Assembly: GCF_000737315.1 (NCBI RefSeq)
Contig: NZ_JMCB01000005.1
Location: 144,001-268,000, forward strand
Source of the DNA: Hyalangium minutum
Lineage (GTDB): Bacteria; Myxococcota; Myxococcia; Myxococcales; Myxococcaceae
Reading direction: 5' to 3'
Length of the DNA: 124,000 nt
Both the position numbers and the translations under genes were made by a program. Under the pieces are notes generated by a model. The model was not told where the DNA came from, made no database searches, and was given only the letters and a program-made list of their open reading frames with translations. Positions 91,331 through 100,280 of the stretch are shown piece after piece (the stretch's first letter is position 1; every line of letters begins with the position of its first letter).

Positions 91331-94129
91331 ATGGATTCGATAAAGACACCCCAGACGAGCAGCCCTGCGGCCGCCTCCTGGCACTCGCTCGCCGCCGAAG
91401 ATGTGCTGAAGCGCCTGCAGACCACCGCCGAAGGACTCTCCCACCAGGAGGGCCAACAGCGGCTGGCACGCCACGGCCCCAACGTCCTGGAGCGCCAGAG
91501 CCAGAGCGGCCCGCTCCGGGTGCTCTTCCGGCAGATCAACAACCCGCTCATCTGGGTGCTGCTCGGCTCCGCGGTGCTGGCCATCGCGCTGGGGAAGGTG
91601 ACGGACGGGCTGGTGGTGCTCGCGGTGGTGGTGCTCAACACCGTCATCGGCTTCGTGCAGGAGTTCCGGGCTGGCCGCGCCATCGAGGCGCTGTCGCGCA
91701 TGGTGCCGGAGCTCACCGCCGTGCTGCGCGGCGGGCACAAGGTGACGGTTCCCGCAGCGGAGCTGGTGCTGGGGGACGTGGTGATGCTGGCCTCGGGAGA
91801 CAAGGTGCCGGCGGACCTGCGGCTGATCTCCGTGCGCAACCTCCAGGTGGAGGAGGCCGCGCTCACGGGCGAGTCCGTGCCCGTCATGAAGCAGCTCCGG
91901 CCCGTGGCCGAGGACGCGGCCCTGGGCGACCGCTCCAACCTCGCCTTTGGTGGCACGCTCGTGACGTCTGGCACGGGCACCGCCGTGGTGGTGGCCACCG
92001 GAGGGCATACGGAGCTGGGGCGCATCTCGAAGATGCTGGGCGAGACGGTGGATTTGCAGACACCGTTGACGAAAGCGCTGGCGACCATTGGCCGCTTCCT
92101 CACCATCGGCATCCTGGCGGTCTCGGTGGTGCTGCTGGCCGTGGGGCTGCTGCGTGGCTACGCGGTGGGCGAAGCCCTGCTCGTGGCCATCACCCTGGCC
92201 GTCGCCGCCATCCCCGAGGGCCTTCCCGCCATCGTCACCATCGCCCTGGCCATCGGCGTGCAGCGCATGGCGGCGCGCCGGGCCGTCATCCGGAAGCTGC
92301 CTGCGGTGGAGACGCTCGGGAGCACCACCGTCATCTGCTCGGACAAGACGGGCACGCTCACGCGCAATGAGATGACAGTGCAGGCGCTGTGGACGCCTGC
92401 GGGTGGCTGGACCATGTCGGGTGTGGGGTATGCGCCGGAGGGGCGCCTCCATCAGAAGGGCGTGCCCGTGGACGGAGTGCCCGAGGCCGCGCGGGAGCTG
92501 CTGCGGGCCGGAGCGCTCTGCAACGACGCCGCGCTCCAGTCCAAAGGGGGGAAGTGGGAGCTGACGGGAGACCCCACCGAGGGCGCGCTCCTGGTGGCGG
92601 CGGAGAAGGCAGGACTGCCCGTGGAGGAACTCTGTGAGCGTTTCCCCCGGGTGGATGCCATCCCCTTCGAATCGGAGAGCCAGTTCATGGCGACCCTGCA
92701 TGAGGACGGAGAGGACCGCCGGTCTATCTTCCTCAAGGGCGCTCCGGAGGTCATCCTGCGGCGCTGCGCGCTCCCCGAGGGCCTACGCCCAGAAGGAGTG
92801 CTCGCCGAGGTGGAGCGGATGGCCGAGGGGGGCATGCGTGTGCTGGCGGTGGCCTCGAAGGCGGTACCCGCCACGCACGAGCGGATGGAGCCGGAGCACG
92901 TGGCCGGAGGCTTCTCACTGTTGGGCCTGCAGGGGATGATCGATCCGCCGCGCCAGGAGGCCATCGCCGCGGTGCGGGCGTGCCACGAGGCAGGCATCGT
93001 CGTGAAGATGATCACCGGCGATCACCAGAAGACGGCGGAGAGCATCGGCCGGGAGCTGGGGCTGCACGGGACGGGACCCGCGCTGACGGGGCGGCAGCTC
93101 GCGGAGCTGAACGACCACCAGCTGGCGGAGGCCGGGGCCACCACGAACGTGTTCGCGCGCGTCGCTCCCGAGCACAAGCTGCGGCTGGTGCGCGCGCTCC
93201 AGGCCCGGCACCAGGTGGTGGCGATGACGGGCGATGGTGTCAACGACGCGCCCGCGCTCAAGCAGGCCAACATCGGTGTGGCCATGGGCATCACCGGCAC
93301 GGCCGTGTCGAAGGAGGCGGCGGACATCGTCCTCATGGACGACAACTTCGCGTCGATCGCGGCGGCGGTGGAGGAGGGCCGGCGCGTCTATGACAACCTC
93401 ATCAAGTCCCTGGCGTTCGTGCTGCCCACCAACCTGGGGCTGGCGCTCATCCTGGCCTTCGGCGTGGCCTTCTTCCCCATCCAAGAGGTGGGCGGAGCGC
93501 TGGCGCCGCTGATGCCCATGCTCCCGACGCAGCTCCTGTGGATCAACCTGGTGGCCACCGTGGCGCTGGCCCTGCCGCTGGCCTTCGAGGCCAAGGAGCC
93601 CAACGTCATGCAGCGGCCGCCGCGCAGTCCCAGCGGGCCCGTGCTGAGCCGCTTCGTGGTGGTGCGCACCCTGGTGGCGGCGGTGCTGATGGCCGCGGGC
93701 GCCATCGGGCTGTTCCTCTGGGAGTACACCTCCGAGGTGGGACGCTCCGGGCACGCGGTGGCGCTGCGCGAGGCCCAGACCATGGCCGTCACCACCGTCA
93801 TCCTCTTCCAGATCTTCTACATGCTCATGTGCCGCAGCCTGAAAGGCTCGATCTTCCGGCTGGGCTGGCTCAGCAACCCCACTGTCTTCGTGGGCATCGG
93901 CGTGCTGGTGCTGCTGCAGCTGGGCTTCATCTACCTGCCCTTCATGCAGAAGGTGTTCGGCACCTCCGCGCTGGATTGGAAGGCGCTCGGGATGTCCACC
94001 CTGGTGGCGGTCGTCATCCTCCCCGTCATTGGCGCGGAGAAGCTCTGGCGCTCGCGGCGGGAGCGGACCTCCCTGGATCGCCGCGAGCCACCTCGGGGCT
94101 TGCGTGTGGGGCCTCGGCTCCCGGCGTAG
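91331..94129 (+). CDS. P-type cation-transporting ATPase (type II)
   Basis: TGES, PEGL, DKTGTLT, GDPTE, MITGD and GDGVND. Confidence 0.95.
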   Translation: MDSIKTPQTSSPAAASWHSLAAEDVLKRLQTTAEGLSHQEGQQRLARHGPNVLERQSQSGPLRVLFRQINNPLIWVLLGSAVLAIALGKVTDGLVVLAVVVLNTVIGFVQEFRAGRAIEALSRMVPELTAVLRGGHKVTVPAAELVLGDVVMLASGDKVPADLRLISVRNLQVEEAALTGESVPVMKQLRPVAEDAALGDRSNLAFGGTLVTSGTGTAVVVATGGHTELGRISKMLGETVDLQTPLTKALATIGRFLTIGILAVSVVLLAVGLLRGYAVGEALLVAITLAVAAIPEGLPAIVTIALAIGVQRMAARRAVIRKLPAVETLGSTTVICSDKTGTLTRNEMTVQALWTPAGGWTMSGVGYAPEGRLHQKGVPVDGVPEAARELLRAGALCNDAALQSKGGKWELTGDPTEGALLVAAEKAGLPVEELCERFPRVDAIPFESESQFMATLHEDGEDRRSIFLKGAPEVILRRCALPEGLRPEGVLAEVERMAEGGMRVLAVASKAVPATHERMEPEHVAGGFSLLGLQGMIDPPRQEAIAAVRACHEAGIVVKMITGDHQKTAESIGRELGLHGTGPALTGRQLAELNDHQLAEAGATTNVFARVAPEHKLRLVRALQARHQVVAMTGDGVNDAPALKQANIGVAMGITGTAVSKEAADIVLMDDNFASIAAAVEEGRRVYDNLIKSLAFVLPTNLGLALILAFGVAFFPIQEVGGALAPLMPMLPTQLLWINLVATVALALPLAFEAKEPNVMQRPPRSPSGPVLSRFVVVRTLVAAVLMAAGAIGLFLWEYTSEVGRSGHAVALREAQTMAVTTVILFQIFYMLMCRSLKGSIFRLGWLSNPTVFVGIGVLVLLQLGFIYLPFMQKVFGTSALDWKALGMSTLVAVVILPVIGAEKLWRSRRERTSLDRREPPRGLRVGPRLPA

Positions 94130-94140
94130 GCGAGGGACAC

Positions 94141-95055
94141 TCAGGGCGTGACGGCCCGGACGTCGCGGGCGGCGGCATCCGGGAGCGCGCGGTCCTCGGG
94201 CTCGAAGACGAGCTGGCACTTGTCCAGCTTCGTCCCACACACCCGGTCGAGATCGCTCCGGGTGTCGCAGCCATACCGCTCCGTGCAGGTGTCCGGCAGG
94301 AAGGCCCAGACGAACTGGAGCACGGTGCTCCGGCGGCCCTCCGGCAGCGCGGCGAGGAAGTCCTCGCGGTAGGTGTCGAAGACCTGAGCCAGGTGGACGG
94401 TGTCCTTCTCCAGCCGCACGTGGCGGCGGTCGCCGACGAAGCGGCGGGCCGCGTCGTTGAGCTGCGAGTCGAGGAAGGAAGGGTCAAAGGGCGCGCCATC
94501 CAACAGGGGCCCACCGCGTGTGCCGTGGAAGAGCGCGAGGTGGATGCGCGGATCGGCGTACTCCCGGTCGAGGATGCGGTGCTCCAGGGCCCAGAGCGTC
94601 AGGCGCTGGCCGCCCACCGGCCACGAGCGGCCCCAGAAGAAGTGCCCGAAGGCCTTGTCATGCACGCTCTCGAGGTAGGGGTACTCGTCCACCAGGGACT
94701 GCAGCACGAGCGCGTGGTAGGCGTTGAGCCAGTAGGCCAGCGCGTCCTCGGGCTTGGGGAAGAGGTCCGGCCGCGAGCGCGGTGAGAAGGTGGCCAGCGA
94801 GCGGACGAAGGTGTCCAGCTCCTGGCGGTCCCGGCCGATGGCGGAGAAGTCCACGTCCCCATCCGGCTTCACGTTGCGCAGCACGTGGGCGTAGCCGTTG
94901 TAGTGGAAGGGGAAGTCCCCGCTGGGGACCGAGGCGGGCAGCAGCCCGTAGAAGAAGAGCACGCTGCCCACGGCGAGCACCGCGGGCAGCACGAAGGCCC
95001 CCAGGACGAGCAGGAGACGGCGGCGGCTGGGCGAGGGAGTCTCCAAGGCTGCCAC
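94141..95055 (-). CDS. DUF547 domain membrane-anchored protein
   Basis: LAYWLNAYHAL, LEHRIL, DPRIHLAL; start uncertain. Confidence 0.75.
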   Translation of the reverse strand: MAALETPSPSRRRLLLVLGAFVLPAVLAVGSVLFFYGLLPASVPSGDFPFHYNGYAHVLRNVKPDGDVDFSAIGRDRQELDTFVRSLATFSPRSRPDLFPKPEDALAYWLNAYHALVLQSLVDEYPYLESVHDKAFGHFFWGRSWPVGGQRLTLWALEHRILDREYADPRIHLALFHGTRGGPLLDGAPFDPSFLDSQLNDAARRFVGDRRHVRLEKDTVHLAQVFDTYREDFLAALPEGRRSTVLQFVWAFLPDTCTERYGCDTRSDLDRVCGTKLDKCQLVFEPEDRALPDAAARDVRAVTP

Positions 95056-95107
95056 AGTGTAGCCCAGCGGGGCTTGGCTCGCAGGAACGCGCAAGGGCGG
95101 GGGCGGT

Positions 95108-96631
95108 TCAACGCGCCGAGGCGGGCTGTCCGCAGCGCTCCGCGTATTCGGCGAGCCTGCGCTGCATCGCCTCTTGCGTGGCCTGGGCCATGGAACGCAG
95201 GGCCGCGGTGACGTGGCCTCCGAGCACGCCGATGGCCCGTTGCTGCGCGGTGAGGCTCTCCTCGCAACGGCCCGCCTGGAAGAGCAGCGCCGCGTAGGCC
95301 TCCAGCGTGGAGGCGCGGCCAGGGGCCAGCTGAACGGCGCGGGCGGCCCTCGCGAGTCCCTCTTCGGTCTGCCCCTGCTCCGTGTGCAGCCACGCCATGG
95401 ACACCAGCGCATCCACGTCGTCGGGGTCCAGAGCGAGGGCCCGCTGCAGGGCCTGCTCCTGCTCGGACGCCGGGGCGTTCGCGTCCTGGAGCGCCTGGCC
95501 CAGCAGGCTCCACGCGGGCCCACTGTCCGGCCGGGCCTGCACCAGCGCCCGGGCCAGCGCCAGCCGCTGCTCTGGATCCACCGTGAAGCTCGCCTGGAGC
95601 AGCACCGCGCTCACATTCGCTGGATCCTCCCGGAGCGCTTCTTCGAGTTCCTGGCGGCCCAGGCGCAGCCGCTCGCGCAGGGAGCGCGGCCCGGGGCTGC
95701 GCAGGAACAGCCGCGCCCGGATGGCGTGGATCTCCGCGCAGTCCAGCGTCCTCACGTCGAACTCGGGCTTGATGAACGGCAGCTCCACCGTGAGCTGCTT
95801 CTCGTCCTGGGGCTCGTACTTCTCGAGGTCCTCCTCCAGGCCCGTCACGCCCTGGAAGGCTGCCTCCCACGCGCGGCGAGGTTCCTCGGCCCGCGCCAGC
95901 CGCGAGGTGAAGTCCCGGAAGCGCTGGGGGTGCCGCTCCCTCAGGTACGTCACCCACAGCCACGAGGAAGCGTAGTACGGCAGGATCTCCGCCGAGGAGA
96001 GGAACGGATACCGTTCCCAGGCCCACAGCTTCTCCATCGACAGGGGCCGGTGGTTGCGCACGTACTGCGCGAAGCCTGGGTGGATCTCCCCGAAGGAGGC
96101 CTTCCTCCGCAGCGAGGAGAACTGCACCGTCTGGAGCCACGTGGCCAGGCCCTCGGTGAGCCACCGGGGCTGCCGCACCATCACGAAGCGGGTGATGTGG
96201 TGGGCCAGCTCGTGGGCCTGGACCTGGAGGGACTCAGGCTCCTGCAACAGGAACTCTCCCTCGCCGGCCATCACCATGAGCGGGCTGCGCCCGGACGAGT
96301 CCAGGAAGGCCTCCAGGGGCGCGCCTTGGGTGAACTCCTCCAGCTCCGTGTCGCTGCTCACGACGATGACCTCCACCTGTCCTGGCGGATCCACTGGGCC
96401 CCCCCAGGCAAGCAGGAGAGCGGTGCGCAGCTGCTCCAGCTCCAGCGCCGTGAAGCGAGCCACGCGCTGGCCCAGGTCCGTGAAGACACGGAAGTGGGGA
96501 CTGTTCACTTCGCGCCACTCCTTGCCTCCCTTGTCCGGACATGTGGCGACCGGACGTTTGACGCAGCCTGTCCCCAGGGTCAGCAGCATCCCTCCGAGCA
96601 GTGCGAGTATGTTGAGGCGTATGGAACCCAT
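95108..96631 (-). CDS. DUF1570-like peptidase + TPR lipoprotein
   Basis: Lipobox GTGC; AHELAHH and PRWLTEGLA; C-terminal TPRs; alternative start 96589. Confidence 0.7.
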   Translation of the reverse strand: MGSIRLNILALLGGMLLTLGTGCVKRPVATCPDKGGKEWREVNSPHFRVFTDLGQRVARFTALELEQLRTALLLAWGGPVDPPGQVEVIVVSSDTELEEFTQGAPLEAFLDSSGRSPLMVMAGEGEFLLQEPESLQVQAHELAHHITRFVMVRQPRWLTEGLATWLQTVQFSSLRRKASFGEIHPGFAQYVRNHRPLSMEKLWAWERYPFLSSAEILPYYASSWLWVTYLRERHPQRFRDFTSRLARAEEPRRAWEAAFQGVTGLEEDLEKYEPQDEKQLTVELPFIKPEFDVRTLDCAEIHAIRARLFLRSPGPRSLRERLRLGRQELEEALREDPANVSAVLLQASFTVDPEQRLALARALVQARPDSGPAWSLLGQALQDANAPASEQEQALQRALALDPDDVDALVSMAWLHTEQGQTEEGLARAARAVQLAPGRASTLEAYAALLFQAGRCEESLTAQQRAIGVLGGHVTAALRSMAQATQEAMQRRLAEYAERCGQPASAR

Positions 96632-97667
96632 GCCGGATGTCACCCGTTTCTTCCACCCCGTGCTGTCCGCCCGTGAGCTGCGCAAGAAGCCGCTGCGCAT
96701 CGAGCTGGCAGGCAGAGCATACGCGCTGTTCCGGGATGGGACGGGAAAGGCGGCCGCGCTCGCGGACGCTTGCCCCCATCGCTTCGCCCCGCTCTCGGCG
96801 GGCCGGGTGAGCAAGGAGGGACGGCTGACGTGCCCGTACCACGGCTGGAACTTCGACGCGGAAGGCCATGGCCGCAGCCCCAGCCAGCCGGACCTGAAGA
96901 AGTGCGACGCGCGCGCGCTGCAAGTGGTGGAGCGCCACGGCTACCTCTGGGTGGCCTCCCGGGACACGCCGCTGTCGGCCTTCCCGGACTTCGCGCCCGA
97001 GGGCCATGAGGCCACGGGCAGCTTCTCCATGCTCTTCCGCGCGCCGCTCCACGTGGCGCTCGACAACTTCAGCGAGGACGAGCACACCCCGTTCGTCCAC
97101 ACCCGCCTGGGCTGGGACGACCACGACACGAGCGCCATCGAGTTCTCGGCGGAGAACCACGAGGACCACACCGAGGTGCACTACCGCGCGCCTCAGCGGG
97201 AGAGCTGGCTCATCCAGCTGCTGCTGCTCAAGAAGGGGGACGTCTTCCACAATGACTGGGTGACGCGCTTCGATCCCGTGCGTACGAGCTACTCCATCCA
97301 CTGGAGATCGCCGTCGGGAGAGCCCCGCCCGTTCCTCTACCACTTCGCCATCTTCATGGTGCCGGAGACGGAGAAGACCACCCGCTTCCACGTCTTCTCG
97401 TTCGTGAAGGTGTTGGATCCGCGCTTCCAGCCGCTGCTGCCCGTGGTGCGCCTGGCTCAGCCCGTGCTGGCCTGGTTCGAGATCCGCGATGACGCACTCT
97501 TCATCCCCACCGTGGCCGACACGCCGTACAGCCTGAAGGGCATGCGCCTGGGCAAGTACGACAAGCCGCTCATCTACCAGCGCAAGCTGCTCGAGCGCAT
97601 CTACTACGGCCAGAGCCCCGAGGAGCATGTCCCTCCCGTCTCGCTCGTGCAGAGCTCCGGGAGCTGA
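96630..97667 (+). CDS. Rieske (2Fe-2S) oxygenase-like protein
   Basis: CPHRFAPLS...CPYHGW; NFSEDEHTPFVH mononuclear-Fe motif. Confidence 0.85.
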   Translation: MPDVTRFFHPVLSARELRKKPLRIELAGRAYALFRDGTGKAAALADACPHRFAPLSAGRVSKEGRLTCPYHGWNFDAEGHGRSPSQPDLKKCDARALQVVERHGYLWVASRDTPLSAFPDFAPEGHEATGSFSMLFRAPLHVALDNFSEDEHTPFVHTRLGWDDHDTSAIEFSAENHEDHTEVHYRAPQRESWLIQLLLLKKGDVFHNDWVTRFDPVRTSYSIHWRSPSGEPRPFLYHFAIFMVPETEKTTRFHVFSFVKVLDPRFQPLLPVVRLAQPVLAWFEIRDDALFIPTVADTPYSLKGMRLGKYDKPLIYQRKLLERIYYGQSPEEHVPPVSLVQSSGS

Positions 97668-97691
97668 GGCCCGGAGCCCGGCTTCACGGCG

Positions 97692-98663
97692 TCAGCGGGG
97701 CTCGGGCTTCCTGCCGGAGATGACGCACATGCCGCCCAGCGTCTTCAGGCGAGGCACCGAGAGCAGCGCCTGATCCACCCTCCCGAGCATGTCCACCGCC
97801 AGCTTCCTCGCCAGCGGCGCGTGCTCGTAGGTCTGGCACGTCGGCAGGATGAGCGAGCTGAGCCGTCCCAGCAGGTGGAACCACTTCAGCTCCAGGTCCG
97901 GCAGGTGGCGCAGGATGGTGGACAGCTCGGCCTTCTCCAGCGGCCGCTCGTCCGGCGTGGCATTCGTGTGGATGGGCACGCCCTTGCGCAGCTTCCGCAG
98001 CCACGGTGTGAGGCTCACCGGCTCGGAGAAGACGAGGAGAGCGCCCGGCTTGGCCCACTTCACCAGCTGCCGCATCACCGCATCCAGCTCCGGGATGAGG
98101 TGGTGCAGGATGCCGTCGCCCCAGATGATGTCGAAGTGCCCCGCGGGCAGCTCCACGGTCTCCAGGGGCGAGCAGAAGAACTCGGCGCGCGCCTCGACAC
98201 CCTCCAGCTGCGCCCGTTGCTTGCACAGCTCGACGAAGCCCGGAGAGATGTCCACGCCCGTGACGTGCGCGCCGAACTTGGCCATCAGCGTGGCGTTGAT
98301 ACCGTCGCCGCACCCGACGTCGAGCACGCGCTTGCCGCGCAGGTTGCCCAGCAGCTGGAAGCGGAACTCCTTGTGGAACCAAGGGTGCTGCGGCTCGCGG
98401 TAGCGCGCCACCGTGAGCGGATCCAGCGGCTTCAGCTCTGCGGCCATCTGCTGGGCGATCTCATCGAAGAAGCGCGCCTCGGACGTCCAACGCGAGAAGA
98501 AGTCCGCACGGGCCCTGGCAGGAGACAGCTCCTCCGGCAGGGCCACTGCGTTCCTCTCCGTACATGCTGGATCCGGCCTCAGCAGCCCCGTCAGCGTGTT
98601 GGCCAGCGGCTTCCCCGTAGGCCCCAGAGGTGTTTCGAGGGTTGGTTCGTTGCCGATCTCCAT
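97692..98663 (-). CDS. Class I SAM-dependent methyltransferase
   Basis: VLDVGCGDG, GVDIS; start uncertain. Confidence 0.8.
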   Translation of the reverse strand: MEIGNEPTLETPLGPTGKPLANTLTGLLRPDPACTERNAVALPEELSPARARADFFSRWTSEARFFDEIAQQMAAELKPLDPLTVARYREPQHPWFHKEFRFQLLGNLRGKRVLDVGCGDGINATLMAKFGAHVTGVDISPGFVELCKQRAQLEGVEARAEFFCSPLETVELPAGHFDIIWGDGILHHLIPELDAVMRQLVKWAKPGALLVFSEPVSLTPWLRKLRKGVPIHTNATPDERPLEKAELSTILRHLPDLELKWFHLLGRLSSLILPTCQTYEHAPLARKLAVDMLGRVDQALLSVPRLKTLGGMCVISGRKPEPR

Positions 98664-98780
98664 GCCGCCCCCTTCCAGCCTTCTCCGCCGGGCATGGCGG
98701 AGTGTCTGGGAGGGTGAGCCCGGTCCTTCAGCGAGGGAAGAGGCCCTGCCGGACGATAGACAGGGGGCGGAGCGGCTGTT

Positions 98781-100181
98781 CTACGGAGTGGGAGCCGGAG
98801 TGGGAGCCGGGGCCGCGCTGCCCTCCGAGAGGCTGGGGGGCGGAAACGCGCCCACCGTCTTCAGCAGCCGCAGCGCCGCGAGCGAGGCCTGGAGCCGCTC
98901 GGCCACCAGTCCCACCTCGGCCTGGGTGAGCGTGGTGTTGGTGTCGGCGACTTCCAGGTAGGTGGCCACGCCCGCGCGGAAGCTGACGTCCGTCAGGCGC
99001 TGACCCTCGCGAGCCAGCTCCACCGCCTCCTGGGCCTTGGCGCGGTTGGCCAGGGCGCTCTGCAGCTCCAGCTGGTAGCGCGCCACCTCCTCGCGGGCCC
99101 GGGCCTCGGCCGCGTCTCGCAGCGCCTCGGCCTCGGCCACCTTCGCCGACTGCTCCTTGAGGTTGGCCTCGCGCAGGCCGCCATCCCAGATCGTCCACGA
99201 GGCGGCCAGGGTGATGAGCCACGAGGTGTTCTGCCCGGTGAAGCCCCCGGCGTTGCTCACGCGGTACGCGCCGGACACGCCCAGCGAGGGCAGGTAGGCG
99301 AGCCATGCGCCTCGGCGGTTCGTCTGCGCCAGGTCCACGCCCACGCGCGAGGCCTCCACGTCCGGGCGGTACGTGAGCGCGGCCTCCTCCAGGTTCGCGT
99401 TCTGTGCAGGCAGCTGGGGCTCGGGCGGGGGCTCCAGCTCGAAGTCCGGCGAGCGCTGCAGCAGCGTGGCCAGCGCCAGCTTCGCGGCGGCCAGCGAGTT
99501 GCGCGAGCGCAGCAGATCCTGCTCGGCGCGCGTCCGGTCCAGCTGGGCGCGCAGCACCGCCACCTTCGTCACCGTGCCGGCCTCGAAGCGCGCCTGGGTG
99601 TCCTTCTCGCGTGCCTGGTTGAGCTCCAGCAGCCGCGTCTGCGCCATGAGCGCCGCCTGCGAGGCCGCCGCGCCGTAGTACGCCTGCGCAACGATGAAGA
99701 GGATCTCCCGCCGCTGCGCCTCGGTGCTCAGCGCGGCCAGGTGCTCGGCCTTGCTGGCGGCGGAGATGGCCGCCCACAGCGTGGGGACGATGAGGGCCTG
99801 GCGCGCCTCGAGCTGCGCGTTGAGCATGTTGAACGGCTGGATCGTCACATCCAGCACCTGCTCGGGGACGACCACCAGGTTGGTGGGGGCGCCCGGGCCG
99901 GCACCGGGATCGCTCGTGGGGGCGCCCACGTCGCGCACGAGGTTGCCCACGGGGAACGCGATGCGGGCCTCGTCCGAGTTGCGCGTATAGGCGCCGCTGG
100001 CGGTGATGGTGGGGAGGTACCCCGACCAGGCCTTCCGCGAGGCCTGCTCTGCTTGCTCGAGCCGGGCGCGCGCGGCCTTCAGGTCCAGGTTCTTGGCCTG
100101 GGCCTCCGTGAGCGCCTCGTCCAGCGTGAGCACCGGACCTGCCGTCATGACCGCGAGGGAGAGCGCCAGCAGGGGCGTCAT
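98781..100181 (-). CDS. TolC family outer membrane efflux protein
   Basis: LTLDEAL..AQAKNLDL, RPDV, FRAGVATYLEV. Confidence 0.9.
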   Translation of the reverse strand: MTPLLALSLAVMTAGPVLTLDEALTEAQAKNLDLKAARARLEQAEQASRKAWSGYLPTITASGAYTRNSDEARIAFPVGNLVRDVGAPTSDPGAGPGAPTNLVVVPEQVLDVTIQPFNMLNAQLEARQALIVPTLWAAISAASKAEHLAALSTEAQRREILFIVAQAYYGAAASQAALMAQTRLLELNQAREKDTQARFEAGTVTKVAVLRAQLDRTRAEQDLLRSRNSLAAAKLALATLLQRSPDFELEPPPEPQLPAQNANLEEAALTYRPDVEASRVGVDLAQTNRRGAWLAYLPSLGVSGAYRVSNAGGFTGQNTSWLITLAASWTIWDGGLREANLKEQSAKVAEAEALRDAAEARAREEVARYQLELQSALANRAKAQEAVELAREGQRLTDVSFRAGVATYLEVADTNTTLTQAEVGLVAERLQASLAALRLLKTVGAFPPPSLSEGSAAPAPTPAPTP

Positions 100182-100280
100182 ACGAACTTTCCTCCTAAGG
100201 CCCGCCGGAGCGGGCGTTCACAGCAGCCAATGTTGCATGGACCACACTCACGTGGCTGAAGCCAGTGAGAACTGCACCGC

